This document shows, piece by piece, positions 36,684 through 47,017 of a DNA stretch of 64,000 nt. Numbering within the stretch: the stretch's first letter is position 1; each line of letters opens with the position of its first letter. The DNA comes from an uncultured Erysipelotrichaceae bacterium (GTDB lineage: Bacteria; Bacillota_I; Bacilli_A; Erysipelotrichales; Erysipelotrichaceae). The stretch covers positions 10,830 to 74,829 of the forward strand of contig CACXDM010000106.1 in the NCBI GenBank assembly GCA_902766435.1, written 5' to 3'. A program made the translations under genes and the position numbers. The notes below the pieces were generated by a model. It ran no database searches. It was given only the letters and a program-made list of their open reading frames with translations, and had not been told where the DNA came from.

Positions 36684-37741
36684 TGACGATTATCTATTTT
36701 CTGATACTGCTTTCGGTGGTTGTCGTGATTCATGAAGCTGGCCATCTGATCGCAGCCAAACTGTTCGGTGTCTACTGCTATGAGTTTTCAATCGGTATGG
36801 GACCTGCAGTATATTCAAAAAAGACGGATGAGACGGTTTATTCCATCCGGGCGCTGCCGATCGGCGGATACGTGTCGATGGCGGGGGAGGAAGACGGTGA
36901 CGCCGCCTACCCTGATGTGAAGGTGCCGGATGACAGACGTCTGAAGAATAAGAAGACATGGCAGAAAGTGATTATCATGCTTGCCGGAGTTACGATGAAT
37001 TTCCTGCTGGCATGGGTGCTGTTCTCCTTGATCATTCTTTCCAACGGGGCGTACAGCGGCTCCCCTGAGCCTCTGGTGGAAAGCGTACGGGAAAACTCTC
37101 CTGCCGAGGCTGCCGGATTTCAGGCGGGTGACAGGATTATAAAGATTGAGCGTGAGGACGGCTCCTATGTAAAACCGGAAACATTCCTTGATATGCAGAC
37201 ATTTGTCTCGGACGGAAAGCCGGAAACATATTACGTACAGCGCGGCTCTGAGGAAATCGCGCTTACCGTTGTCCCGGAATACAGCGAAGAAGCGGGAACC
37301 TATATGATCGGCATCACCGGTCCTTCCGCTTCCATACATAAAGTGAATCTGCTGAACTGCTGGTATTACGGCTTTGCGGAAATGGGAATGATTGTTCGTC
37401 TTCTGATTACAACAATCCGCAGTCTGTTCTACGGCAGCGGCGCGGATCAGCTTTCCGGACCGGTAGGCATTTATCAGGCTACCGAGGCATATGCGGCGAT
37501 GGGACTGAAGAGCTTCCTGTTCCTGATGGCTGAGATCAGTCTGAATATCGGTATATTCAATCTGCTTCCTCTGCCGGTTCTTGACGGCGGTCAGATTGTG
37601 ATTACACTGGCTGAAGCGGCAGTTCACAAGGAACTCAATGCAAAGGTAAAAACGGTGATCATGCTTGTCTGCTGGGTTCTTCTGATCGGTCTGATGATTT
37701 TTGCGACCTGGAATGATATCAGACGCCTGATGGGCGGATAA
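36677..37741 (+). CDS. rseP: RIP metalloprotease RseP/RasP
   Basis: HEAGH, PDZ domain and NLLPLPVLDGG. Confidence 0.95.
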   Translation: MLMTIIYFLILLSVVVVIHEAGHLIAAKLFGVYCYEFSIGMGPAVYSKKTDETVYSIRALPIGGYVSMAGEEDGDAAYPDVKVPDDRRLKNKKTWQKVIIMLAGVTMNFLLAWVLFSLIILSNGAYSGSPEPLVESVRENSPAEAAGFQAGDRIIKIEREDGSYVKPETFLDMQTFVSDGKPETYYVQRGSEEIALTVVPEYSEEAGTYMIGITGPSASIHKVNLLNCWYYGFAEMGMIVRLLITTIRSLFYGSGADQLSGPVGIYQATEAYAAMGLKSFLFLMAEISLNIGIFNLLPLPVLDGGQIVITLAEAAVHKELNAKVKTVIMLVCWVLLIGLMIFATWNDIRRLMGG

Positions 37742-37742
37742 T

Positions 37743-37769
37743 AAAAATCTGCAGAGATGCAGATTTTTT
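37743..37769. terminator. Bidirectional terminator
   Basis: AAAATCTGCA-gaga-TGCAGATTTT. Confidence 0.8.
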
Positions 37770-37770
37770 G

Positions 37771-38910
37771 TTACAGCTGGGGTATGCCTTTGCAGAAGGT
37801 CTGACGGACTGTGTAGTCGTCATTCAGAACAACGATATCCGCATCATATCCGGCACGGATTCTGCCGAGTCTTTGATCTTCCCTGAGAAGAGAAGCGGGA
37901 TTGACTGTACAGGAATCAACAGCGGTACTGAAGGGAACCATTGCTCTTTCCACAAGATTACGGAGACCTTCATTCATCTTCATCGTGGAACCGGCAAGGT
38001 TCTTTTCTTTAACGAGATGAGCTGATCCGTCGGGATAGATGATGATCTCATGTCCGCCGAAGAGGAATGTTGTGCCGGGTTCAAATCCCTTGCACATCAG
38101 TGAGTCACTGATCATGATGGCTTTGCCGGGGTTTTTGGATGTAAAGAAGATATTCAGCGCTTCCGGTGTGCTGTGGCAGCAGTCGCAGATCACTTCACTG
38201 TATAGATCACGCAGGCGCAGGGCAGCGCCGACAATACCGGGGCTGCGGTGGGTAAACGGGGTCATCGCATTGAATGTATGTGTAATGGACGAAGCACCGT
38301 TTGCAGCTGCGTCAAGTGCCTGTTCGAATGACGCATTGGAATGACCGATTGAAACAATTGTCCCGTGTTCCCGGCACCAGCGTATCAGTTCGTAATTCTG
38401 ATCGTGTTCCGGCGCGAGGGTAATGATGCGGATATTGTTTCCGGAGGCTTCCTGGTATTCGCGGAATTCATTTACATCAGGGGAAACAATCGCTTCCGGC
38501 GGCTGCGCTCCCTTGTATTTCATATCCAGATAGGGACCCTCAAAGTGAATGCCGAGTATTTCCGCTCCCTGATACCCGGTATTCATGACGTCTCTGACAT
38601 TGGATACTGCCTTCAGGAGAACTTCCTTCTTTTCCGTTACCGTTGTCGCAAGAAAAGCCGTGACGCCTTCGGAAGGTATGCCGGCGGACCATTTCCGCAG
38701 TCCTTCGGGTTCAGCGTAATTTGTATCAAAGCCATAGGCTCCGTGGCAGTGTATGTCAATGAAGCCGGGAACGATCCTGGCATCACCGCAGTCGATATCC
38801 GCTTCTTCGTCTGTGAGCGTGTTCACCGAAATGATTTTTCCGTTGTTCATTTCAATGACGGCAGGAATGAGAGTGCCGAACATATAGACTCTTGTGCTTT
38901 TGATCCTCAT
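37771..38910 (-). CDS. nagA: N-acetylglucosamine-6-phosphate deacetylase
   Basis: PGFIDIHCHG, HFEGPY, GHSNA, THTFNAM and LAGST. RBS AAAGGAG. Confidence 0.95.
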   Translation of the reverse strand: MRIKSTRVYMFGTLIPAVIEMNNGKIISVNTLTDEEADIDCGDARIVPGFIDIHCHGAYGFDTNYAEPEGLRKWSAGIPSEGVTAFLATTVTEKKEVLLKAVSNVRDVMNTGYQGAEILGIHFEGPYLDMKYKGAQPPEAIVSPDVNEFREYQEASGNNIRIITLAPEHDQNYELIRWCREHGTIVSIGHSNASFEQALDAAANGASSITHTFNAMTPFTHRSPGIVGAALRLRDLYSEVICDCCHSTPEALNIFFTSKNPGKAIMISDSLMCKGFEPGTTFLFGGHEIIIYPDGSAHLVKEKNLAGSTMKMNEGLRNLVERAMVPFSTAVDSCTVNPASLLREDQRLGRIRAGYDADIVVLNDDYTVRQTFCKGIPQL

Positions 38911-39028
38911 GGGTAAGACTCCTTTGTTCAAATTCTAGCACAGATCTTTCATTGCGTATAATTTCCGAAAGTGGATGAGGGGAAATGAAATAGTCTGATA
39001 TAATATTGAGTCAGCGGAGGTATTCTCT

Positions 39029-39460
39029 ATGATAGGAATGATTATTACCGGACACGGCAGATTTGCGACGGGTATCCGGGAAGGACTGAATCTGCTGCTG
39101 GGAAAACCCGAAAAGTTTGAAACGGCAGATTATAAACAGGAAGACTCAACGGATGATCTTGAACTGCAGCTGAAACAGTCACTGAAAAACCTTTCCGACT
39201 GCAGCGGTGTACTGATCATGTGCGATATTGCCGGCGGTGCGCCGTATAAACTCGCGTGTCAGCTTTCTGACAGGAAGAAGGATGAGATGGAGATCATCGT
39301 AATCGGCGGATGCAGTCTGGCGATGATCATGCAGACAAGCATGGCAAGAGGATACTTGTCCGATCTTTCCGATCTTGCCGAAATGGCAATCGATCAGGGA
39401 AAGAAACAGATCGTCTGCTATCCGGAGGAGGAAGAATCCCGGGAAGAGGAAGACGACTGA
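39029..39460 (+). CDS. PTS mannose/fructose family IIA
   Basis: IITGHGRFATG and DIAGGAP. Confidence 0.9.
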   Translation: MIGMIITGHGRFATGIREGLNLLLGKPEKFETADYKQEDSTDDLELQLKQSLKNLSDCSGVLIMCDIAGGAPYKLACQLSDRKKDEMEIIVIGGCSLAMIMQTSMARGYLSDLSDLAEMAIDQGKKQIVCYPEEEESREEEDD

Positions 39461-39477
39461 TTTAACAGGAGGTATTT

Positions 39478-40260
39478 ATGCAGATATTTCTTTTATGCAT
39501 AACTGTATTTATTCTTGCGGCTGATCAGTTTGCCGGGCTTCATGTATTATGCCGGCCGCTGACTGCCTGTACACTTGCCGGTGCTGTTCTCGGTGATATG
39601 AAGACCGGACTGGCATGCGGTGCGGCAGCCGAAGTGCTGCAGACGGCGGCGGATCAGACGGGAAGAAACGAATGGTCAAGACCTGTCTTTCTGCTTTACG
39701 GCATTGCTTCCGTCATCATGGCAGTTAAAGGCGGAATGTCCGTAACAGAGGCAGCAGGATTTGCTTCGGGATTTGCTTTGATCGGACTGCTGATTAACGT
39801 TCTGGTGATGAATCTGAATGCCGTGTTTCTGCCGGCAGCGAGAAATGCTGCGGCAACGGGTGATTCAAAAAAACTGACGGCGTTCAATTTCATTCCTTTG
39901 TTTATTCTTTCTGCTCTCTATGCGGGAGTATCGGTATGGCTCTTTTCGCATGCTGACGCTGACATTGCCGCATTTACGGAAGAATGGGGATGGCTTTCCG
40001 GCACTGCTTCTGCTGCCGGCAGTCTGACTGCGTGTGTCGGTCTTGCTGTTCTGATGCGGAATATTCAGATGAAGAATATGACAGGAGCGCTGTTCGGCGG
40101 AGCTGCTGTCGCTGCGCTTTGTCTGAAAAGCGGAATGGGACAGGAAGGACTTCTTGTATGCGTGATGGCTGCCTTTGCGGCAGGCGCTTACGACTTTTAC
40201 CGGAATAAACCGGCAAAGACGGAAAAGAGTACGAAAGGAGGCGGACAGAAATGGTGGTAG
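39478..40260 (+). CDS. PTS mannose family IIC (divergent)
   Basis: RPLTACTLAGAVLGDMKTGL, multi-TM, lies between IIA and IID. Confidence 0.8.
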   Translation: MQIFLLCITVFILAADQFAGLHVLCRPLTACTLAGAVLGDMKTGLACGAAAEVLQTAADQTGRNEWSRPVFLLYGIASVIMAVKGGMSVTEAAGFASGFALIGLLINVLVMNLNAVFLPAARNAAATGDSKKLTAFNFIPLFILSALYAGVSVWLFSHADADIAAFTEEWGWLSGTASAAGSLTACVGLAVLMRNIQMKNMTGALFGGAAVAALCLKSGMGQEGLLVCVMAAFAAGAYDFYRNKPAKTEKSTKGGGQKWW

Positions 40261-41081
40261 GAACAGGCGCTTATCAGGACCGTAATGAAGCGTATCCTCT
40301 TGATAAGAAAACGCTCCGTACGATTGCTCTGCGCTCCTTGTTCAGCGGCAGTTCGTTCAATGGTGAAACTGCGCATTCCATCGGCTGGCTTTGGGCAATT
40401 GAGCCGGGACTGAGGAAGATCCATACAAATGAAACCGATCTTGCTTTATCAATGGGACATAATCTCGAATATGTTAACGGCGGGGGATTCTTCTCTTCTC
40501 TGGCTATGGGAATTACACTTGCTCTTGAACAGCAGAAGGCTGATCTTGAAACAATCCGCTCCGTCAGAACAGCAGCTGCGGCTGCGGCGAAAGCGGCCGG
40601 TGATTCATTATTCTACTATCTGGTATTCCCGCTTGCATTTGCGGTTGTGACTTCCATGGTTAACGGCGGTAATATAGCCGGTGTCATTATCTATTTTGTG
40701 CTGACATGTCTTGCGGCTGCGGCTGCCAGAATCGGACTGATGTATTACGGATACGCAAAGGGAACAAGGGCAGTTGAAATACTGAACAGGAATGGTGAAG
40801 CGCTGAAGAATGCTTCACGACTGAGCGGACTGATGATCATCGGTTCCTTAACAGTGTATGCTTTTGACAGTTCTCTGATGACAATCGGTCTTCCTGCCGG
40901 AGAAACACTTGGCGCAGCTGTAAGCAGAATCATGCCCGGTGCTCTGCCGCTTCTGGTTCTGTGGCTTTGCTGGCATCTTCTGACAAAGAAGAACAAGTCG
41001 CTCGGTACCTGTGTTCTGATCATTCTGCTTGCTGTGCTTGCGGCAGGACTGCTTGGGGTATTCGGCGTATCTCTTTTGTAA
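40251..41081 (+). CDS. PTS mannose family IID
   Basis: SFNGET, PGLRKIH, GITLALE and GDSLF. Confidence 0.85.
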   Translation: MVVGTGAYQDRNEAYPLDKKTLRTIALRSLFSGSSFNGETAHSIGWLWAIEPGLRKIHTNETDLALSMGHNLEYVNGGGFFSSLAMGITLALEQQKADLETIRSVRTAAAAAAKAAGDSLFYYLVFPLAFAVVTSMVNGGNIAGVIIYFVLTCLAAAAARIGLMYYGYAKGTRAVEILNRNGEALKNASRLSGLMIIGSLTVYAFDSSLMTIGLPAGETLGAAVSRIMPGALPLLVLWLCWHLLTKKNKSLGTCVLIILLAVLAAGLLGVFGVSLL

Positions 41082-41164
41082 ATTATGATTTGTGAAACGG
41101 TGCATCCGCATCGTTTTTTTTCGGAATCCGTTTTTTTCAGGCAATAGTATCGGCGGGAGGAAGT

Positions 41165-41875
41165 ATGACAAAAATCAAGGATATGCCCGCCGGAGAGATG
41201 CCGCGGGAAAAAGGAATCAGATACGGAGTCAGAAATCTCAGCAGCAGAGAACTTCTCGCGCTGATACTCAGAAGCGGAACAAAGGGACAGTCGGTACTGG
41301 AAACGGCAGATGCGCTTCTCGCAGCGGCGGATGGAATCAGCGGACTTGCCGGACTGGATTTCCGTCAGCTGAAGGAAATCCGGGGAATTTCCGATGCCAA
41401 GGCACTGGAGATTCTTGCCTGTCTTGAAATATCAAGGCGTATTCTGCTGGAGGATGTTACGGATCAGTGTGTGTTTAATTCACCGGAAACTGTCCGTTCA
41501 TGGCTGATGCGGGAGATCGGATATGCCGTACAGGAGAAGTTCATTGTTCTGTATCTCGATGTTCACGGAAAGCTGATCCGGTGGCGCGAACTGTTCTGCG
41601 GGACGTTATCGGAAAGCAATGTATATCCCAGAGATATCATCAGGGAAGGGCTGCTCTGCAGCTGCAGTGCAATGATTCTCGTTCATAATCATCCGGGTGG
41701 AATTCCGCTGCCGAGTGAAGCGGATATCCGCTTTACGGGTGAGATTAAGAAGATTGCCGCACAGATGGGAATGCGGGTTGAAGATCATCTGATTGTTACG
41801 GGAAATTCGTGTTTCAGCTTTGCGGCCGAAGGTTTAATGGAAGATTGCATGGAAGACGGGGTAAAAGAATGGTAA
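41165..41875 (+). CDS. radC: RadC / JAB domain protein
   Basis: MPREKG, ELLALILRSG, HNHPGG...PSEAD and DHLIV. Confidence 0.95.
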   Translation: MTKIKDMPAGEMPREKGIRYGVRNLSSRELLALILRSGTKGQSVLETADALLAAADGISGLAGLDFRQLKEIRGISDAKALEILACLEISRRILLEDVTDQCVFNSPETVRSWLMREIGYAVQEKFIVLYLDVHGKLIRWRELFCGTLSESNVYPRDIIREGLLCSCSAMILVHNHPGGIPLPSEADIRFTGEIKKIAAQMGMRVEDHLIVTGNSCFSFAAEGLMEDCMEDGVKEW

Positions 41876-41920
41876 AATACTAAAAGCAGTTTGAACTGCC
41901 TGAAACGGAGATTTTGACAA

Positions 41921-42934
41921 ATGAAGAAATTTCTTTCATTGTTGCTGATATTTACATTGATGGTGCCGCAGTTTGCCGGCTGTACGGTCGCCAGGAGTAC
42001 GATTGCCTATACGGTGTATCCGGTAGGATATCTGATTGAAAGACTTGCCGGCAATGAGATCCGGAGTGAATCGATACAGGATCAGAATACACTTGTACAG
42101 AGAGCGACTGTCCGCAGTGATTTTAAGGAATACCTTGCAACGAGTGCTGTCTTCTTCCATATCGGTACTCTGGAACCGTATCTGACGGTTTATCAGAAGG
42201 AGATTCAGGATACCGGCGTACAGGATTATGATCTTTCATCCCTGAATGCCGTATATAAATTTCAGAGATACACCCAGGTGGTAACTGACGGGGAAGTCAG
42301 CTATGTGGAATCCCCTTATTACAAGGGTGATGAATTCAATCTGATTGATACCGATACGCTTGATCTGTATCTTTGGAATGACCCGATTGCGATGCTGAGT
42401 ATGGCAAAGAACATCTGTCAGTGGCTGGAGCGGAATTATCCCGAGAATGAAGCGGTGTTTGAGGATAATCTGACAAAGCTTGAAACGGATCTCATTAATC
42501 TGGATGCCCAGTATCAGGCGCTTGCGACCAGTCTTGTTTCCAATAATCAGGAAATACGGTTTGTTTCGATGACCGCAAGTTTCGGCAACTGGCAGAAGAC
42601 ATACGGCTTCCAGGTTTATCCCGTTATTCTTTCCAAATACGGGGTTCTGCCGAATGAGAAGCAGCTTGATTCGATCAAGTCACGAATCCTGGCTGATGGG
42701 GTCAAATACATCGTCTATGAGCCCAATATGACACCGGAGATGACGGATCTGTTCAATGAGATCGAATCCGAACTGGGGCTGACAAGAGTGGAACTCAGCA
42801 ATCTTTCCAGTCTGACGGAAACGGAAGCGGCAGACGGCAAGGATTACATTTCCGTGATGTATGAAAACCTCAGTGTTCTTGAGACAATGAAAACGGCCAG
42901 AGTCACTTCAGGCAGTGAAGAAAACGATGAATGA
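41921..42934 (+). CDS. ZnuA/TroA-fold ABC substrate-binding lipoprotein (atypical ligands)
   Basis: FAGC lipobox, TVYPVGYL, LWNDP, ASFG and DYISVMYENL. Confidence 0.75.
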   Translation: MKKFLSLLLIFTLMVPQFAGCTVARSTIAYTVYPVGYLIERLAGNEIRSESIQDQNTLVQRATVRSDFKEYLATSAVFFHIGTLEPYLTVYQKEIQDTGVQDYDLSSLNAVYKFQRYTQVVTDGEVSYVESPYYKGDEFNLIDTDTLDLYLWNDPIAMLSMAKNICQWLERNYPENEAVFEDNLTKLETDLINLDAQYQALATSLVSNNQEIRFVSMTASFGNWQKTYGFQVYPVILSKYGVLPNEKQLDSIKSRILADGVKYIVYEPNMTPEMTDLFNEIESELGLTRVELSNLSSLTETEAADGKDYISVMYENLSVLETMKTARVTSGSEENDE

Positions 42935-42978
42935 AAACCGGTCTGAAAGGACCGGCTTTTGGAATACGGAGAGAAAAT

Positions 42979-45588
42979 ATGAAAAAACTATTACTGACAG
43001 ACGGCAATTCAATGCTTTTCAGGGCATACTATGCGACGGCGTACGGCAGACCGATGACGACTTCTTCGGGGATTCCGACCAATGCCGTATTCGGCTTTGC
43101 CTCAATGCTTCAGAAAGCGCTTGAAACGGTTGCGCCTGATGCTGTTCTTGTCGCATTTGATGCCGGTAAGCATACATTCCGTCATGATCTGTATCCGGAA
43201 TACAAAGGCGGCAGAAAACCCGTGCCGGATGATCTGGTGCCGCAGTTTCAGATTGTCCGTGATTTTCTTGATGCATTTCATATTAAGTGGATTGAGATTC
43301 CCGATATCGAAGCAGATGATCTGATCGGTACGGTTTCAAAGAATGCCGATGAATATCAGACATATATTCTGACATCTGATCATGACATGCTGCAGCTGAT
43401 TGATGATTCCACTACCGTCCTGCTGATGAAGAAGGGCATCACGGATATGGATGAAATGACCCCTGCATCACTGAAGGAACAGATGGGTATAGAACCTTAT
43501 CAGATCATTGAGATGAAAGGCCTGATGGGAGATAAGAGCGACAATATCCCGGGTATTCCCGGTATCGGTGAAAAGACAGCTTTAAAGCTTCTCGGAGAAT
43601 ACGGTACGGTGGACAATGTTCTCGCGCATGAAGATGAACTGAAAGGTGCCCTGCAGAAGAAGATCATGGCCGGTCACGAAAGTGCCGTTCTCAGCCGTCA
43701 GCTGGCCGAGATCAGGCGGGATGTGGAGCTGGATTTCGGCGCGGACGAATGTGCCTTTGAACCGGATTATGCTTCGCTTGTTTCTTTCCTGAAGACACTG
43801 GATATGAATATGCTCGCTTCCCGTTTTGCGGAGAAGATTACGCAGGAAGATACGGAAGAAGAATCTTCCGGGCAGGATGTATTTACTTTATGCAGTAAGG
43901 TTCCGGCATATTTTCTGGAAAGGGAATGCGCTGTTTTCACGGATGATGACAGACTTTCCTTTATGGATGCCTCACTGCACGGACTGGGAATAACCGATGG
44001 AAAGAAAGCCGTTTACATCACATGTGAAGATGCGGAAAAGGATCAGGATCTGCTTGCCTATCTTTCGGCAGAGACACCTCTCAAGATCGGTTATGATGTA
44101 AAGCGGTCACTTCATGTACTGAGCCGTACCGGAATCAGGATCAGTTATCATGATGACGCAATGCTGATGGCTTCACTTGCATATTCAACGCTCACAAGTT
44201 CTGATAAGATCAATGAATTCTTTTCCCTGACGACAGATGTTTCCTATGAGGATGTTTACGGTAAGGCATCGCATCCTGTTTTGTTTGCGGATACGGAAAA
44301 GCAGGCTGCCTACGGATGCAGACGCGCAGTGAATATCATGACGGTCTATGAAAAGACCAGAGACAAGATTGATGAGTACGGAATGGAAAAGCTGTACCGT
44401 GAGATTGAAATGCCGCTGACATTCATTCTGAAGGATATGGAGGATGTCGGAATCCGCTGTGATACGGAAGTGCTTGATGCAATTGCCAGGGAGACATATG
44501 AGAAGCTGGAAGCCGAACAGAATAAGATATATGAGTATGCCGGCAGATCATTCAATCTGAACTCTCCCAAGCAGCTCGGTGAAGTATTATATGATGAACT
44601 TCAGCTTCCTGCCGGGAAGAAAAGAAGTACTTCGGCAGATAAGCTTGAAAAGCTGATTGGTATTCATCCTGTGATCGAACATATCCTTGCCTACAGGAAA
44701 TGGATGAAATTATACAGTACATACGCTGAAGGTCTGAAGAAATATGTCAGAAACGACGGACGAATCCATACGGTTTACAATCAGGCAGCCACACAGACGG
44801 GAAGACTTTCCTCCAGTGAACCGAATCTGCAGAACATCAGTGTCAGAGATGAAGAAGGCAGAGTAATCCGCCGGGCATTCCTGCCTGATGATGGATGTGT
44901 TCTGATCTCAAGTGACTATCATCAGATTGAACTGAGAATGCTTGCTCATATGGCTGATGAAGAGGGACTGATCAGCGCGTTCCGCAGCGGAACGGATATT
45001 CATACAAAAACAGCAATGGATGTTTTCAACAAGACGGAGGAAGAGGTCACTCCGGCTGACCGCAGACGGGCAAAGACCGTCAATTTCGGAATCGTATATG
45101 GAATCAGTGACTTCGGTCTTGCGGAACAGCTGGGCGTAAGCAGAAGAGAAGCTGCGGATTTTATCCGTGCTTACTATGAAGCGTATCCCGGTATCCGTAC
45201 CTATATGGATTCTCTTGTTGAATTCTGCAAAGAGCATGGTTACGTAAAGACACTCTGCGGCAGAAGAAGGGAAATTCCGGAAATCAGGGACCGGAATCAT
45301 ATGGTCCGTGAATTCGGTAAACGCGCTGCCATGAATGCGCCGATCCAGGGCTCGGCTGCCGATCTGATCAAGATCGCAATGCTGCATATTGATCAGGCAA
45401 TGAAGAAAGCCGGCGTAAAGAGCCGTATGATTCTGCAGGTACACGACGAACTGATCTTCAATGTGCCGGAGGAAGAAATCGAAATGATGAAGAAGCTGAT
45501 CGATGACGGTATGATTCATGCCATGGATCTTAAGGTTCCGCTCACGGCGGAATGTTCTGTCGGAAACAGCTGGTATGAGGCGAAATAA
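42979..45588 (+). CDS. polA: DNA polymerase I
   Basis: DGNSMLFRAYY, GDKSDNIPG, TGRLSSSEPNLQNI, DYHQIELR and LQVHDEL. Confidence 0.98.
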   Translation: MKKLLLTDGNSMLFRAYYATAYGRPMTTSSGIPTNAVFGFASMLQKALETVAPDAVLVAFDAGKHTFRHDLYPEYKGGRKPVPDDLVPQFQIVRDFLDAFHIKWIEIPDIEADDLIGTVSKNADEYQTYILTSDHDMLQLIDDSTTVLLMKKGITDMDEMTPASLKEQMGIEPYQIIEMKGLMGDKSDNIPGIPGIGEKTALKLLGEYGTVDNVLAHEDELKGALQKKIMAGHESAVLSRQLAEIRRDVELDFGADECAFEPDYASLVSFLKTLDMNMLASRFAEKITQEDTEEESSGQDVFTLCSKVPAYFLERECAVFTDDDRLSFMDASLHGLGITDGKKAVYITCEDAEKDQDLLAYLSAETPLKIGYDVKRSLHVLSRTGIRISYHDDAMLMASLAYSTLTSSDKINEFFSLTTDVSYEDVYGKASHPVLFADTEKQAAYGCRRAVNIMTVYEKTRDKIDEYGMEKLYREIEMPLTFILKDMEDVGIRCDTEVLDAIARETYEKLEAEQNKIYEYAGRSFNLNSPKQLGEVLYDELQLPAGKKRSTSADKLEKLIGIHPVIEHILAYRKWMKLYSTYAEGLKKYVRNDGRIHTVYNQAATQTGRLSSSEPNLQNISVRDEEGRVIRRAFLPDDGCVLISSDYHQIELRMLAHMADEEGLISAFRSGTDIHTKTAMDVFNKTEEEVTPADRRRAKTVNFGIVYGISDFGLAEQLGVSRREAADFIRAYYEAYPGIRTYMDSLVEFCKEHGYVKTLCGRRREIPEIRDRNHMVREFGKRAAMNAPIQGSAADLIKIAMLHIDQAMKKAGVKSRMILQVHDELIFNVPEEEIEMMKKLIDDGMIHAMDLKVPLTAECSVGNSWYEAK

Positions 45589-46394
45589 TGCCTGAACTGC
45601 CTGAAGTGGAGACGGTTGTCCGGACGCTTGAATACAGGATCAAAGGACGCCGGATTACCGATGTTGACATCAAAATGCCGAAGATCATTGAAGGTGATCC
45701 GGAGGTGTTTGCGGAAACACTGAAGGGGCAGTCTTTCCGTGAATTCGGACGGCGCGGTAAATATCTGCTGTTTTATATGGATGACTGCGTTCTCGTTTCC
45801 CATCTGCGGATGGAGGGAAAGTATTATATCCAGAAACCGGATGAACCGTTTGACAGACATGTTCACGTTATCTTCCGGCTTGATGACGGTACGGAACTCA
45901 GATACCACGATACCAGACAGTTCGGCAGAATGTCTGTTGTTTCCAAAGATCAGGATTTTTCCGGATGGCACAGTCTGGGACCGGAGCCGTTTGACGACAG
46001 ACTGACGGCGGAGTATATTTACCGGACGGCAAAATACAGGAATACACCGCTCAAGACGCTGCTTCTCGATCAGAGCTTCATTGCGGGCATAGGCAATATA
46101 TATGCGGATGAAATCCTTGCCTCCTGTCATCTGCGTCCGGGCAGAAACTGCCGGAGGATTACCCGTGCTGATGCGGAAAACATCCGGGTCAATACGGTAA
46201 GAATCATGCGTGAGGCAATCGCCTGCGGCGGTACGACGATCCGTTCCTATACTTCTTCTCTCGGGGTTACGGGAATGTTTCAGACGGAATGTACAGTACA
46301 TATGCAGAAAAGATGTCCGGTATGCGGCAGTGAAATCAAAGTGAAGCGGATCGGCGGAAGGTCCAGTTACTACTGTCCCGCATGTCAGAAATAA
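45588..46394 (+). CDS. mutM: Formamidopyrimidine-DNA glycosylase
   Basis: PELPEVE, RRGKY, HLRMEG, GIGNIYADE and a C-terminal zinc finger. Confidence 0.97.
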   Translation: MPELPEVETVVRTLEYRIKGRRITDVDIKMPKIIEGDPEVFAETLKGQSFREFGRRGKYLLFYMDDCVLVSHLRMEGKYYIQKPDEPFDRHVHVIFRLDDGTELRYHDTRQFGRMSVVSKDQDFSGWHSLGPEPFDDRLTAEYIYRTAKYRNTPLKTLLLDQSFIAGIGNIYADEILASCHLRPGRNCRRITRADAENIRVNTVRIMREAIACGGTTIRSYTSSLGVTGMFQTECTVHMQKRCPVCGSEIKVKRIGGRSSYYCPACQK

Positions 46395-46405
46395 GAAAGG
46401 TGATT

Positions 46406-47017
46406 ATGAAGAAAATCGGTATAACAGGCACAATTGCGGCCGGAAAGACAACCGTATCCATTTTGCTGAGACGGTACGGATTCCCCGTATTCAACAGTGA
46501 TCAGTATTCCCGTCTTGCACTGCGCAGCGGGACACCGACATATGATGCCGTTGTAAAGGAGTTCGGTACGGATATACTTGCTGAAGACGGTGAAGTTGAC
46601 AGAGCCGCTCTGGCTGCAGTTGTTTTTTCGGATGAAGAAAAAAGAAAGAAGCTGAACAGCATTGTTCATCCTTTTGTCATTGAAGGAATGAACCGTTTCT
46701 TTGAAAATCACAGTGATCTGCCGCTTGTATTTGCCGAAGTGCCGCTTCTCTATGAATGCGGCCTCGAATCGTATTTTGATGAAGTCTGTGTCGTTACCTG
46801 TACAAAAGAGACGGCTGCTGAAAGAATGATGGAAGACAGAGGATATACAAGGGAAGAAGCGGAGAACCGGTATGCAAGTCAGATCAGTCAGAATGAACAG
46901 GTCACTAAAGCGGATACCGTTATTCATAATGACGGAGATCTTCAGGAGCTGAACAGTGAAGTGAGAAAGTGGGTCAGAACGCTGAGAGAGCAGGTAAGAA
47001 ATGGATGTAAGAACTAA
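46406..47017 (+). CDS. coaE: Dephospho-CoA kinase
   Basis: GITGTIAAGKT, LNSIVHP and EVPLLYE. Follows polA-mutM. Confidence 0.95.
   Translation: MKKIGITGTIAAGKTTVSILLRRYGFPVFNSDQYSRLALRSGTPTYDAVVKEFGTDILAEDGEVDRAALAAVVFSDEEKRKKLNSIVHPFVIEGMNRFFENHSDLPLVFAEVPLLYECGLESYFDEVCVVTCTKETAAERMMEDRGYTREEAENRYASQISQNEQVTKADTVIHNDGDLQELNSEVRKWVRTLREQVRNGCKN

Noticed and set aside
41165-41875. radC as a marker of a mobile element
   Set aside because: Full-length chromosomal form with host-like composition and no mobility genes nearby.
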